Origin: a virus
Taxonomy: Duplodnaviria > Caudoviricetes
Virus record (IMG/VR): IMGVR_UViG_2900588628_000001
Location: 29,161-93,160 of that record
Length of the DNA stretch: 64,000 nt
Strand: one strand, 5' to 3'
Shown here: positions 31,244-39,128 of the stretch, one piece after another
How the letters are laid out: each line of letters starts with the position of its first letter
Numbering within the stretch: the first letter of the stretch is position 1
Program-made: the position numbers and the translations under genes
The notes under the pieces: model-generated
Told to the model about the DNA's origin: nothing
The model's input: the letters and a program-made list of their open reading frames with translations, nothing else
The model's database searches: none

Positions 31244-31678
31244 ATGAAGCGATTGAAAGTCTCCGACCTTTCCGGTCCTCAACTTGATTACTGGGTTGCG
31301 CGTGCGGACGGCATCGAGCGAGCGGTGATATTGTCCCGGCCGAACGACGACCCGTTTTCTGGCTGTTTCGCACCCAGTTTCGCATTCGAGCACGAGGTTT
31401 TGCCTGATTTAGACCCTTCGGTAGATTTTGAGGACCGCAAGCCGGATGATTACATGAATTACAACCCCTCTATCGATTGGCGCGTAGGTGGACCGATTCT
31501 TGAACGCGAAGGCCTTTCTATCGAGTGCAAAAAGAAACGTGACGGCACGATGAAGTATCGCTGCCCGCAGTGGACCGATAAATGGAGCGAGACATATCTG
31601 CTTGCTGGCATGCGCGCCTTTGTCGGCCTGAAATTCGGCAACTGGGTTTCGCCACAGAAGATGGCGGACGGAATCTAG
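31244..31678 (+). CDS. NinX/DUF2591-family protein (second copy)
   Basis: KVSDLSGPQLDYWVARA...YNPSIDWRVGGPILERE...LLAGMRAFV. Confidence 0.8.
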   Translation: MKRLKVSDLSGPQLDYWVARADGIERAVILSRPNDDPFSGCFAPSFAFEHEVLPDLDPSVDFEDRKPDDYMNYNPSIDWRVGGPILEREGLSIECKKKRDGTMKYRCPQWTDKWSETYLLAGMRAFVGLKFGNWVSPQKMADGI

Positions 31679-31711
31679 TCAACGCCCAACGAGGATTCCC
31701 GATTCAACACC

Positions 31712-31933
31712 ATGAAGCCGGACCCGACATACGAGCAGCACTTAGAAACGGTGCGCGCCGCGATCATGCGGCGCATCGTACAGGCCCGCGAGCACCCGCC
31801 CGGCAGCAAACAGCACGGCGCATACCTTGGCACCGCAGAGACGATTCTCACCGGGTTCCTGCGCCATTGGGACGTCAGCGACACCGACGAAACGCGCCTG
31901 CGCCGTCTCATCGACAATGAACGCGCCGCCTAG
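31712..31933 (+). CDS. hypothetical protein
   Basis: 73-aa ORF. Confidence 0.5.
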   Translation: MKPDPTYEQHLETVRAAIMRRIVQAREHPPGSKQHGAYLGTAETILTGFLRHWDVSDTDETRLRRLIDNERAA

Positions 31934-32109
31934 TCGAGCAGCGTTTTCACGCGCACCGCGAGCGATAGATACTCGCTCACCCATTTCGGAAACTTGCCCG
32001 CACTCACCCAACGCGACACCGTCGTTGGATCGACGTCGAACCGTTGCGCGAATGCTCGCTGGCTCCATCCGAGCACCGCAAGGCTATGTTGGAAGTCTGC
32101 ATTTTTCAT
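31930..32109 (-). CDS. 59-aa Xre-type HTH protein (not in ORF track)
   Basis: Hand translation MKNADFQHSLAVLGWSQRAFAQRFDVDPTTVSRWVSAGKFPKWVSEYLSLAVRVKTLLD. Confidence 0.75.
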   Translation of the reverse strand: MKNADFQHSLAVLGWSQRAFAQRFDVDPTTVSRWVSAGKFPKWVSEYLSLAVRVKTLLD

Positions 32110-32182
32110 AGCATAGATATTAGCAAAAGGCCGATCTTTGCGCCGGTCTGTATCTGCATTTTGCAGTATGGAGGGTTTTGCG

Positions 32183-32419
32183 ATGGAACTGCCTCAATCA
32201 GACGGTGCCGACACGGCCACGGTATTCACGGCCGCGCTTGGCGTGCTGTTCAAGACGCACCCGAACCCGGCCGCACTGCTCGCCGAGTGGGAGCAGATAG
32301 CCGCGCACATGCCGCTCATGATGCTGAAAAACGGTGCGGCCGACGTCGCGCACAATGCGAACGTGGTGATCGCGCAGGGGCTGTTGCATATCGCCCGCGA
32401 GGCGGCGAAAAACAGTTGA
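32183..32419 (+). CDS. hypothetical protein
   Basis: GGAGG RBS before ATG 32183. Confidence 0.55.
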   Translation: MELPQSDGADTATVFTAALGVLFKTHPNPAALLAEWEQIAAHMPLMMLKNGAADVAHNANVVIAQGLLHIAREAAKNS

Positions 32420-32443
32420 CGCATGAGAGTGCACTGATAGACT
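32416..32443 (+). promoter_or_regulatory. sigma70-type promoter for the RNA array
   Basis: TTGACG-N16-TAGACT; predicted +1 (~32450) coincides with the first base of a 10-bp closing stem. Confidence 0.7.
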
Positions 32444-32449
32444 GGCCTC

Positions 32450-33210
32450 GCTTTCACGTCGAGGGTTCGGCGGCAGTCGGTGGGCGCGGCTGCTCGTAGG
32501 GTCACTTCTCAATTCCTTAACGCTGCCATATGCGAGCGTCGAGCGCGAAACGTGAAAGCACTCTCAGAACGGTCGTAGCTCAGTCAGGTAGAGCACCCCT
32601 CGTATGGGGAGCGGAGCGCTGTGCAGGGTTTAGCGGCCCTGTGTATCTCTGGGTATCGGCCGGTATCGTCGCGGGTTCGAATCCCGTCGGCCGTTCTGAG
32701 GGTCAGCGTGGAAAGCAGACACGCCATAGAGCAGGGCTGGAGCGGCAGGCGCGAAGTGAGACGAGCAGTGACACCAGTAGAGGGCGAAAGCCCGTCGAAG
32801 CCCACTGCACACGAGGCACGTAGCCGACGCGGAATACCAGAGCCGGATTAGCGCCCGGCACTCTCAACAGATGCGAAACCGAGGGCGGCGGTGAGTCAGT
32901 AAGGAAAGCGTCGATTGAACGATGTAGCGTTCGGCGCGGAGCCTGAAAGCAATAGACCGTGCGAGTGGTGGGGCATGGCGTTAAAGTCCAAGCTACCGGG
33001 ACACGAGCGGAGGAAGGGTCCGCACACTCACTCATGGCGATTGAACGCGCGGCAGCGTCCGGTAATGGGCCTAAATGCCAGCACACCAAATCCGGCCAGT
33101 CGCCAGCAGTGAGAGGGGAATAGCGCGGGCTGACGCGCGGCCGTACCGTTCGCGGTGTACTCTGGACCGCAAAGCCGGAAGGATTGCAGCACCGGCCACT
33201 CTCAACGCAT
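32450..33210 (+). ncRNA. array of structured, partly tRNA-like RNA modules
   Basis: No credible ORF; successive closed stems; recurring TGAG(A/G)G / ACTCTCA junctions; D-arm and T-arm-like hairpins. Confidence 0.7.
32569..32695 (+). ncRNA. tRNA-like RNA (127 nt; no canonical anticodon arm, no CCA)
   Basis: Acceptor ACGGTCG/CGGCCGT; TA; D-arm GCTC-AGTCAGGTA-GAGC; T-arm GCGGG-TTCGAAT-CCCGT; about 50 extra nt between the arms. Confidence 0.75.
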
Positions 33211-33264
33211 GGCGACTAGTCAGGCGCGGCATAATGGCGTTCTAATCCACCACACGAGGCCGCA

Positions 33265-33555
33265 ATGAATCGCCCCCACCTCTTGCATGTCAAGTTCGAT
33301 ACAACCGTGATGCGCGGCATCATGGAAATTTCGCGCAGTGTCATCGAAGGAAAAGTAGCACTGGAAGCAGGCGCGCCGCCGCTCGACCGCGCAAAGGCTC
33401 TGTCGAGCGCCTTCACCGAGGCCAACGTGTTCATGACCGTGCTCGAAACAATGAGCGCGGACGATCCTGCGCAAGCCGCTGAGTTGAAAACTCTGATGCA
33501 GGAAGCCAAACAACACGCCGCATGGGCCGCGTCTGAAATCGCCAAGGCTCGCTGA
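33265..33555 (+). CDS. hypothetical protein
   Basis: GAGG RBS; followed by a convergent hairpin (~33579-33599). Confidence 0.6.
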   Translation: MNRPHLLHVKFDTTVMRGIMEISRSVIEGKVALEAGAPPLDRAKALSSAFTEANVFMTVLETMSADDPAQAAELKTLMQEAKQHAAWAASEIAKAR

Positions 33556-33601
33556 AAATCTCAACGAGCACGACACACACGCGGGCCTTGCGCCCGCGTT
33601 A

Positions 33602-33898
33602 TCATTGGCGCATCGCAAGCCACAAATCCCCCTCGCTTCTGGCCTCATCGAGCGCCAGCATTTGCAGGTACGCGCCCCAGGCATCGACCGGCCGCGCACT
33701 GTTCGCCTCTTTCAGCCACTTCGCACGCTCAACCTCAGGCCGCGCAGTGAACCACGCGATGCCCTTGCGGGGTTCCTCGTGTCGATTGGCCGGAAACATT
33801 TCGCTGCGCACCCGCATATCGCCAACATACAGGTGCAGGTGATAGCCGCCGCCGTAGGCTTCAGCGCGCGGCTCGACGGTGTAGCGGTATCGCGACAT
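33602..33898 (-). CDS. hypothetical protein, paralog of 34376..34696
   Basis: Shared Y.V.PR....GGG(Y/W).L.L, GIAW(F/W) and VDA(W/Y)GAYL motifs. Confidence 0.7.
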   Translation of the reverse strand: MSRYRYTVEPRAEAYGGGYHLHLYVGDMRVRSEMFPANRHEEPRKGIAWFTARPEVERAKWLKEANSARPVDAWGAYLQMLALDEARSEGDLWLAMRQ

Positions 33899-33904
33899 GG
33901 CAAG

Positions 33905-34303
33905 TCACCCCGGATAGTTTTTGTGCATCCACGCGCTCGCTTCTTCGATGGAGCCAAATTCCTCAAGCACCTGTTCCGGCACGCCGGGACGCAGCGATAC
34001 GATCACCGCAAAGAAACGATCAGCGCTACCCCTGAGCACCGGGCGCGAGCGGTATTCGTTCCATCGCGTCATTTGCTGTTCCGCGAGCGCGCAGGCGGCC
34101 TCGTAGTCATCGGCTACGCCCCAGTACGTCGGCCGGTCCCATGCGCCGCCATTCAGACAGCGGACGTCGATCTTGCCGTCATCCATCGTCACGCCGAATG
34201 GCTTATCCCACCAGGCATCGAGTTCCGCTGCGCTGCGGTCCTCATTGGGCGTGTTGTCGAAGTTATCCGGCAATATCGGGTCAAGCGGAATACGGGCGGG
34301 CAT
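33905..34303 (-). CDS. hypothetical protein (plasmid-type)
   Basis: GAGGAG RBS; WWDKPF...VRCLNGGAWDRPT. Confidence 0.7.
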   Translation of the reverse strand: MPARIPLDPILPDNFDNTPNEDRSAAELDAWWDKPFGVTMDDGKIDVRCLNGGAWDRPTYWGVADDYEAACALAEQQMTRWNEYRSRPVLRGSADRFFAVIVSLRPGVPEQVLEEFGSIEEASAWMHKNYPG

Positions 34304-34375
34304 GGCTATGGCTCCTCTGTGGTGAACCCACATTTTGACGCATTCTCGCGGGCTCGCGCGGCGCGCTATGTCGCC

Positions 34376-34696
34376 TCAGAGAGACAGAATCCACGCGTCG
34401 CCTGCGTCCATCGCCTCGCAATGCGCCTCGTTCCGAAGGTACGCACCGTAGGCATCCACGACGCGCCCGGTATCTCCTGCCGCCCGCATCCATTCCCTGC
34501 GCGTCTCCCCGTCAAGGCAGTTCCACCAAGCAATGCCTGTACATGCCGCAGCCATCGGATCAGCCGGGTACACGCCGCCGCCCACTTCCACACCGTCTTG
34601 CAGCAAGCGCAATCGCCATCCCCCCCCAACTTCCGGCGCGCGCGGCAAAACCTCGTAGTCGCACCGCGTGCCGCCACTCCCGCCATCGCTCGCCAT
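34376..34696 (-). CDS. hypothetical protein, paralog of 33602..33898
   Basis: GGAGG RBS before ATG 34696; shared motifs. Confidence 0.7.
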   Translation of the reverse strand: MASDGGSGGTRCDYEVLPRAPEVGGGWRLRLLQDGVEVGGGVYPADPMAAACTGIAWWNCLDGETRREWMRAAGDTGRVVDAYGAYLRNEAHCEAMDAGDAWILSL

Positions 34697-34862
34697 AATT
34701 CCTCCAGGGTATCGTGAACCGCCATTGCGCCGCAACCGCAACAAAACATGCAAAGTTGTCGACCATGGCCAAAGCCCCGCCAGCCTTGGCTTTCAGCGAT
34801 TTATCGCCCCCGAAAACGACACAGTTGTCGATCAGGCTTTTTGCACGCCTGCTGCACAAAAG

Positions 34863-34889
34863 AAAAATCCGCCACGCGGGCGGATTTTT
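34863..34889. terminator. bidirectional terminator
   Basis: AAAAATCCGCC-ACGCG-GGCGGATTTTT. Confidence 0.7.
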
Positions 34890-34995
34890 CGACTGCTTAG
34901 GTTGAAACTCACGAAGTTGTAAACAACCGTCGCTTTGGCCGGTCCAGTCCGGTAGTTCCATCGCCCGATAGACGCGATGCTATCACAGCCCGCCG

Positions 34996-35403
34996 CTATC
35001 GGCGACCGATGCCGCGCATCTGCTTGCGCTTGCGCCGTTCCTGATTCACGCGGGCATTGAACAGCGCGCGCGCCTGCTTCTCGCGCCATATGTTCTCGCG
35101 CCGCAGTTGTCCGGCCTCGCTGCGCCGCTCATAGGGCGGCTCGCATTCGGCCTTGAACTCGACGGGCTGGCGCAGGTAGTCAAGCCGTCCTAGCAAGCCG
35201 TCTAGCGTTTTCTGCGGCATTTGCGGCGGTTCCATTCGGACTATTGCGTCGATGAAGCGGTCGAACTGCTCAGGGTCCACCGGGGTTAGCTCGATGGTGC
35301 CGCTCATTGGTACGCACTCGAATGCTTTCTCGACGGCCGCTATCTCGCGCACGATATCCCCGCTATACGAGAGCGAGCCACAGACAATGACAATTCCTCG
35401 CAT
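34996..35403 (-). CDS. hypothetical protein
   Basis: GGAG RBS; basic C-terminus. Confidence 0.55.
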   Translation of the reverse strand: MRGIVIVCGSLSYSGDIVREIAAVEKAFECVPMSGTIELTPVDPEQFDRFIDAIVRMEPPQMPQKTLDGLLGRLDYLRQPVEFKAECEPPYERRSEAGQLRRENIWREKQARALFNARVNQERRKRKQMRGIGRR

Positions 35404-35404
35404 A

Positions 35405-35611
35405 TCAGAATCTCCACTTTGCGCCGAGCTTGACCTTAGCGCCCTTCTCATCGGAATAGGTGACCGTCGCGCTTACCCGCGGCGATGGCGGGATTTCCGC
35501 GTATGCCACGCAACACGAGACGTCTAGCGTGTCGGGATTAATGACCGGCACCACCTGCACATGGGCGCAGCCCGACAGCACTGCGCCGACCAACAGCCAC
35601 ATGCGGATCAT
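35405..35611 (-). CDS. small lipoprotein
   Basis: MIRMWLLVGAVLSG|C lipobox. Confidence 0.6.
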   Translation of the reverse strand: MIRMWLLVGAVLSGCAHVQVVPVINPDTLDVSCCVAYAEIPPSPRVSATVTYSDEKGAKVKLGAKWRF

Positions 35612-35823
35612 CCGTGCGGGCCTCGCAGGCCGCCCGCCCTGTAGATCTGCCAACACAGGATGAGCGCCAGCACGGCAATCAGGAACGTGCCAGTTTTGGG
35701 ATGCGAGTCGAGAAACACGACAGCGGCCGTCAAGCCTTTGAGCCACCACGTCAGCACGATGAGCGCGAGCGTCAGAGGCGAGAGCAAGGCATTTACCGCG
35801 AGTTCGATGAGGCGTTCTTTCAT
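35608..35823 (-). CDS. small membrane protein
   Basis: Two hydrophobic segments, coupled. Confidence 0.55.
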   Translation of the reverse strand: MKERLIELAVNALLSPLTLALIVLTWWLKGLTAAVVFLDSHPKTGTFLIAVLALILCWQIYRAGGLRGPHG

Positions 35824-36128
35824 TGCTCACCTCGCGCGCTTTCGCGGCCTGCGCCAATGCCGATCAGCAACAGGAACACGACGAGCGCGTGCGTGCGCAA
35901 CGCGCTATCGGCCGTGAAGGCGTGACCCGGCTCGCCGATGGTTTCGATCACCACTACCACGGAGAACACGAGCACCGCGACGACAAGCGCGCTCACGCCG
36001 CGACGGAAGATGAAGCCGCCGACAAAGCGCGCCGCCGCGAACAGCAATTCAGCCAGGACGATCAACGCCTTGCCGAGATACGAGCCGATGACGATGACGA
36101 CGAAAAACAGCACTTCCCTGAAATTCAT
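35820..36128 (-). CDS. membrane protein
   Basis: Three hydrophobic segments; ATG 36128. Confidence 0.55.
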   Translation of the reverse strand: MNFREVLFFVVIVIGSYLGKALIVLAELLFAAARFVGGFIFRRGVSALVVAVLVFSVVVVIETIGEPGHAFTADSALRTHALVVFLLLIGIGAGRESARGEQ

Positions 36129-36325
36129 TGCGTTTCCTTCTGTTGAGCCCGCACGCGGGCGAGTTGTTCGGACACGAGCGCATGACGCGTTTCGAGCCAG
36201 TTGTATTGGTGCTGGAAGTCTTCTGCGCGCTTGCGGTGCGAGTGGCACGCGACCGCGCACCACGCCCACCCGGCGATAGCCAGCACCGCCAGCACTGAGA
36301 GAGTGATGACGGCACCGACCATCAC
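36125..36325 (-). CDS. small membrane-anchored protein
   Basis: N-terminal TM helix plus coiled coil. Confidence 0.55.
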   Translation of the reverse strand: MMVGAVITLSVLAVLAIAGWAWCAVACHSHRKRAEDFQHQYNWLETRHALVSEQLARVRAQQKETQ

Positions 36326-37089
36326 GCGCCGCCTACTACGCGACCCAAATCACCCTTGTGGCCTCTCGCGCCGGTGCCGCCAATCGAGCGGTGCGTTTTC
36401 GCGTCGCAAACCTCACCGTCGCGCTCAAACGTCTGAGCGGCAACAGTGGGCGCAGGATCAGCCACGAGACGGCCGACAAGTGCGGTCGATTCGAAGCCGT
36501 CAACCGTGAGCCGCACCTCGTTGCCCTCGCGCCCGAGCGGGCCGATCACGTATGCCGCGCACAGGTCACCGACCATCACCGCATACCTGATGTTCGGTGC
36601 GGCGGCGCGCGACGCGTTGCGGGCCGTTTTACGGGCCTGCATGGCCTGCCTGATGGTGGCGCCGCCGTAACGCTGCTTAAAGGCCGCCGCGCCCGCATAC
36701 GTGGCCGCCGTATATCCGTCCTCGCCATCGACAATGACGCGCGCCGCGAGCCCTTGCTCGAACAGCGCTTCACGGCCTGCCTTGCTAGGCACGTCGCCAT
36801 CCCACAGCGGGCCGCGCTCGATCAGGCCGATGAGCGTATCGAGCGCGCCGCCATTGGCGTCGAGCAGCGCCTGCGCGCGTTCGGCCGGGCTCACGCTGAT
36901 ACCGTGCGAGTGGCCCGGATCAGTGATCGTGTGCGCGTGTGCGTGCGAGTGACCGACAACCAACGGTGCGATGCCATGCGAGTGGCCCGGCACAGCGGTG
37001 ACGAAACCGTGATCGTGCGTGCCGCCATTGCGGACCATGTCAAAGGCGTGCGGGTTTGCCGCCAGCAATTCGTCGCGAATGTCGCTCAT
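36322..37089 (-). CDS. hypothetical protein with N-terminal HxH repeats
   Basis: HDH/HSH/HSH/HAH/DPGHSH; GPLWDGDVPSKAGR domain. Confidence 0.7.
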   Translation of the reverse strand: MSDIRDELLAANPHAFDMVRNGGTHDHGFVTAVPGHSHGIAPLVVGHSHAHAHTITDPGHSHGISVSPAERAQALLDANGGALDTLIGLIERGPLWDGDVPSKAGREALFEQGLAARVIVDGEDGYTAATYAGAAAFKQRYGGATIRQAMQARKTARNASRAAAPNIRYAVMVGDLCAAYVIGPLGREGNEVRLTVDGFESTALVGRLVADPAPTVAAQTFERDGEVCDAKTHRSIGGTGARGHKGDLGRVVGGA

Positions 37090-37192
37090 TTATTCACCTG
37101 TTGCGTTGACTGTTGCGGATTGAAGGGGTTGCAGCCGTGCGCGACGGCCTGCCAGAAAATGGCCCATACGAGCCACGGATTGAGGCCCATGC

Positions 37193-37408
37193 TTACGCGA
37201 CCTGTTGCGGCATCGAGAGGCGGCGCGAGTAACGCCGGATCAGGACGGCCGTGAGGATGAAGCCGCCAGCAAGGGCGAACGCCACGAGCAGCGCCACGAG
37301 CACGAACGCGCCGCCCAATGCGCGCGACTCGCGCCAGATGCCGCCGACGGACCAACAATTGATCCAGCTAACGACAAAATTCAGTGCGAGCATCAATGCG
37401 ATGGCCAT
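37193..37408 (-). CDS. small membrane protein
   Basis: TAATG-coupled; two TM segments. Confidence 0.5.
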   Translation of the reverse strand: MAIALMLALNFVVSWINCWSVGGIWRESRALGGAFVLVALLVAFALAGGFILTAVLIRRYSRRLSMPQQVA

Positions 37409-37710
37409 TACTTTTCCCCTTTGTTGCTCACCATTGCGAGCGGATTGACGATGGATTGCGCAATGAGCAGGCGTACAAATTCGTCGCGCCGCTCGTAATA
37501 GCCGTTGTTGTCCGGAATGAGGTCCATTGCGCGCATGAGCTGGGCGCGCTCGCGCTCTTTGTCCACGCGCGCCATTTCGAGTGTGGCGAGGTCGGCCTGC
37601 GCCTTTTTGATGGCGGCACGCAAGGCGCTTTCCTCTGACTCGCTCTTGTCGATTTCCTCGTACAGCACGCGCACGCGCGCGACCGTGTGTGCGTCGGGAA
37701 AGCCGCTCAT
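37408..37710 (-). CDS. coiled-coil hypothetical protein
   Basis: Coupled ORF. Confidence 0.6.
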   Translation of the reverse strand: MSGFPDAHTVARVRVLYEEIDKSESEESALRAAIKKAQADLATLEMARVDKERERAQLMRAMDLIPDNNGYYERRDEFVRLLIAQSIVNPLAMVSNKGEK

Positions 37711-38267
37711 GCCAGTTCCCCGATGCGGTGCAGGCGTTGCATGGTTGCCTCGATAACGCGCCGCCCGAATGCTTCGAGAATCGCGTCTCCGTGGTCACCC
37801 GGCTCGACGTTCGCGAGAATCGTGCGGGCGTCCTCTTTCATGCCGTTGTAAAGGCCGATCATTTCGGCGCGCGTGAGCAGTTGCGCCGCCTCGCTTGCCA
37901 GCGTCACGTCCGAGCCGCGCAGCAGAATGCAGCGGAAACGCCTGCCTTCGTTGTGCGCCTTGTCCGTCTCTGCGCGGATCATGTCAGCGAGTTCGGTCCA
38001 GAAGTGGTGCGGCGCGTCCATCGGGACGGTCACGAAAACCGTATCGGCATCGCTCGCCGCCTTGACCTGCGCGAACGTCTCTTGCACAACCGGATCAGAG
38101 ACGGGCACCGTATGGGTCAGCGCGCCATCGAGGGTGACCGTGCCATCAAAGTGCGCCTCGCGGTCGAAACTCACCACGCCGCCGAGCACGAGGTGCCCGC
38201 CCTTGATCGTGATTTCGACCGGGCCGGTGCTGTCCGGCGAAATGCGGATATTCATATCGCCGCTCAT
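37707..38267 (-). CDS. hypothetical protein
   Basis: ATGA-coupled start 38267. Confidence 0.6.
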   Translation of the reverse strand: MSGDMNIRISPDSTGPVEITIKGGHLVLGGVVSFDREAHFDGTVTLDGALTHTVPVSDPVVQETFAQVKAASDADTVFVTVPMDAPHHFWTELADMIRAETDKAHNEGRRFRCILLRGSDVTLASEAAQLLTRAEMIGLYNGMKEDARTILANVEPGDHGDAILEAFGRRVIEATMQRLHRIGELA

Positions 38268-38821
38268 GCCTTCACCTGCGCCGGTTGTTGCAGGGCAATC
38301 GTGCGCTCGCATGCCAGGCGGATTCCTTCGAGCACGAGGCGACGCTCTTTGGTCTTTTCCTGCGTGAGCGCATCGGCGGCGATGGCCTGAATCACTTCGA
38401 GCGGGTCCGCATCGTGCGCCAGCACAATCGACGTCTCGACACCGCGCACGAGCCCGGCATTCTTAAAGAGCTTGTCGAGCGCGTTGGTCGGCATCTTGCG
38501 AGTGATCGGGAATGCCTGCGCGACGGCGGGCGCGGCCGGTACAGCGGGCGGCGTAGGCTCAGGCGGCGGCGCGTCGATCACTTCCATTTCGCCATTCGCC
38601 CACGAGTCTTCCATGTTGTTTTCGTCGGCTCCCTGCACCTGCAGGGCGTGCGCCTTGACGTCCGACCAGTTCATATTGTTCTGCGCCCAGTCGGCGAGGT
38701 CATCATCATCCGCAACGCGCCTGCCCTTGTAGTAGCCGTTGTACGAGTCCTCTACGACCTTGGCGGGGATATGCCACTTGCTGCCGTCGAGAGCCGTCAG
38801 CGCGATTACCTTGTTCGTCAT
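38264..38821 (-). CDS. hypothetical phage protein
   Basis: DGSKWHIPAK...LADWAQNNMNWSDVK; start moved to ATG 38821. Confidence 0.65.
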   Translation of the reverse strand: MTNKVIALTALDGSKWHIPAKVVEDSYNGYYKGRRVADDDDLADWAQNNMNWSDVKAHALQVQGADENNMEDSWANGEMEVIDAPPPEPTPPAVPAAPAVAQAFPITRKMPTNALDKLFKNAGLVRGVETSIVLAHDADPLEVIQAIAADALTQEKTKERRLVLEGIRLACERTIALQQPAQVKA

Positions 38822-38841
38822 AGTTATGGGTTGGTTGAGGG

Positions 38842-39117
38842 TTATTCCGTCGCCTGCGTGGCGGCCTGTTGCTGCTGTTTCTTGTTCGCGTAGTACGTGC
38901 GTTTGCTGTCCAGAATCCGGGCCTTGTGCCGCCCGTAGTGCGCCTTTACCGTCACACGCGAGCGCGCGCGGTTGCACTCCACGCACAGGCCCGACTTCAC
39001 ATAGCGCTCGACCGTATGGCCGTGGCGGCACGCCTTGCCGGTATAGAAGCGCACGAGCCCGGCCGCTTCTGCATCGGTGCGACTGATTATCGAGAGGGGT
39101 TTTTCCTTACCGTCCAT
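38842..39117 (-). CDS. Zn-binding protein resembling the N-terminal module of HNH endonucleases
   Basis: FYTGKACRHGH...RYVKSGLCVEC. Confidence 0.65.
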   Translation of the reverse strand: MDGKEKPLSIISRTDAEAAGLVRFYTGKACRHGHTVERYVKSGLCVECNRARSRVTVKAHYGRHKARILDSKRTYYANKKQQQQAATQATE

Positions 39118-39128
39118 CGGTTTTCCTA
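39086..39128 (-). promoter_or_regulatory. putative late promoter downstream of terminase
   Basis: TAGGAAAAC-N28-GATAAT on - strand. Confidence 0.55.

Noticed and set aside
32569-32695. Functional tRNA gene (e.g. reading GTA/Tyr or CGT/Thr from CCCCTCGTATGGGG)
   Set aside because: The hairpin has a 4-bp stem and 6-nt loop, there are ~50 excess nt and no CCA; no anticodon can be assigned, so it is reported as tRNA-like ncRNA.
32450-33210. P1 C4 antisense RNA / immI region
   Set aside because: No icd-ant genes follow and I cannot identify complementary target boxes; an Rfam search is still needed to exclude it formally.
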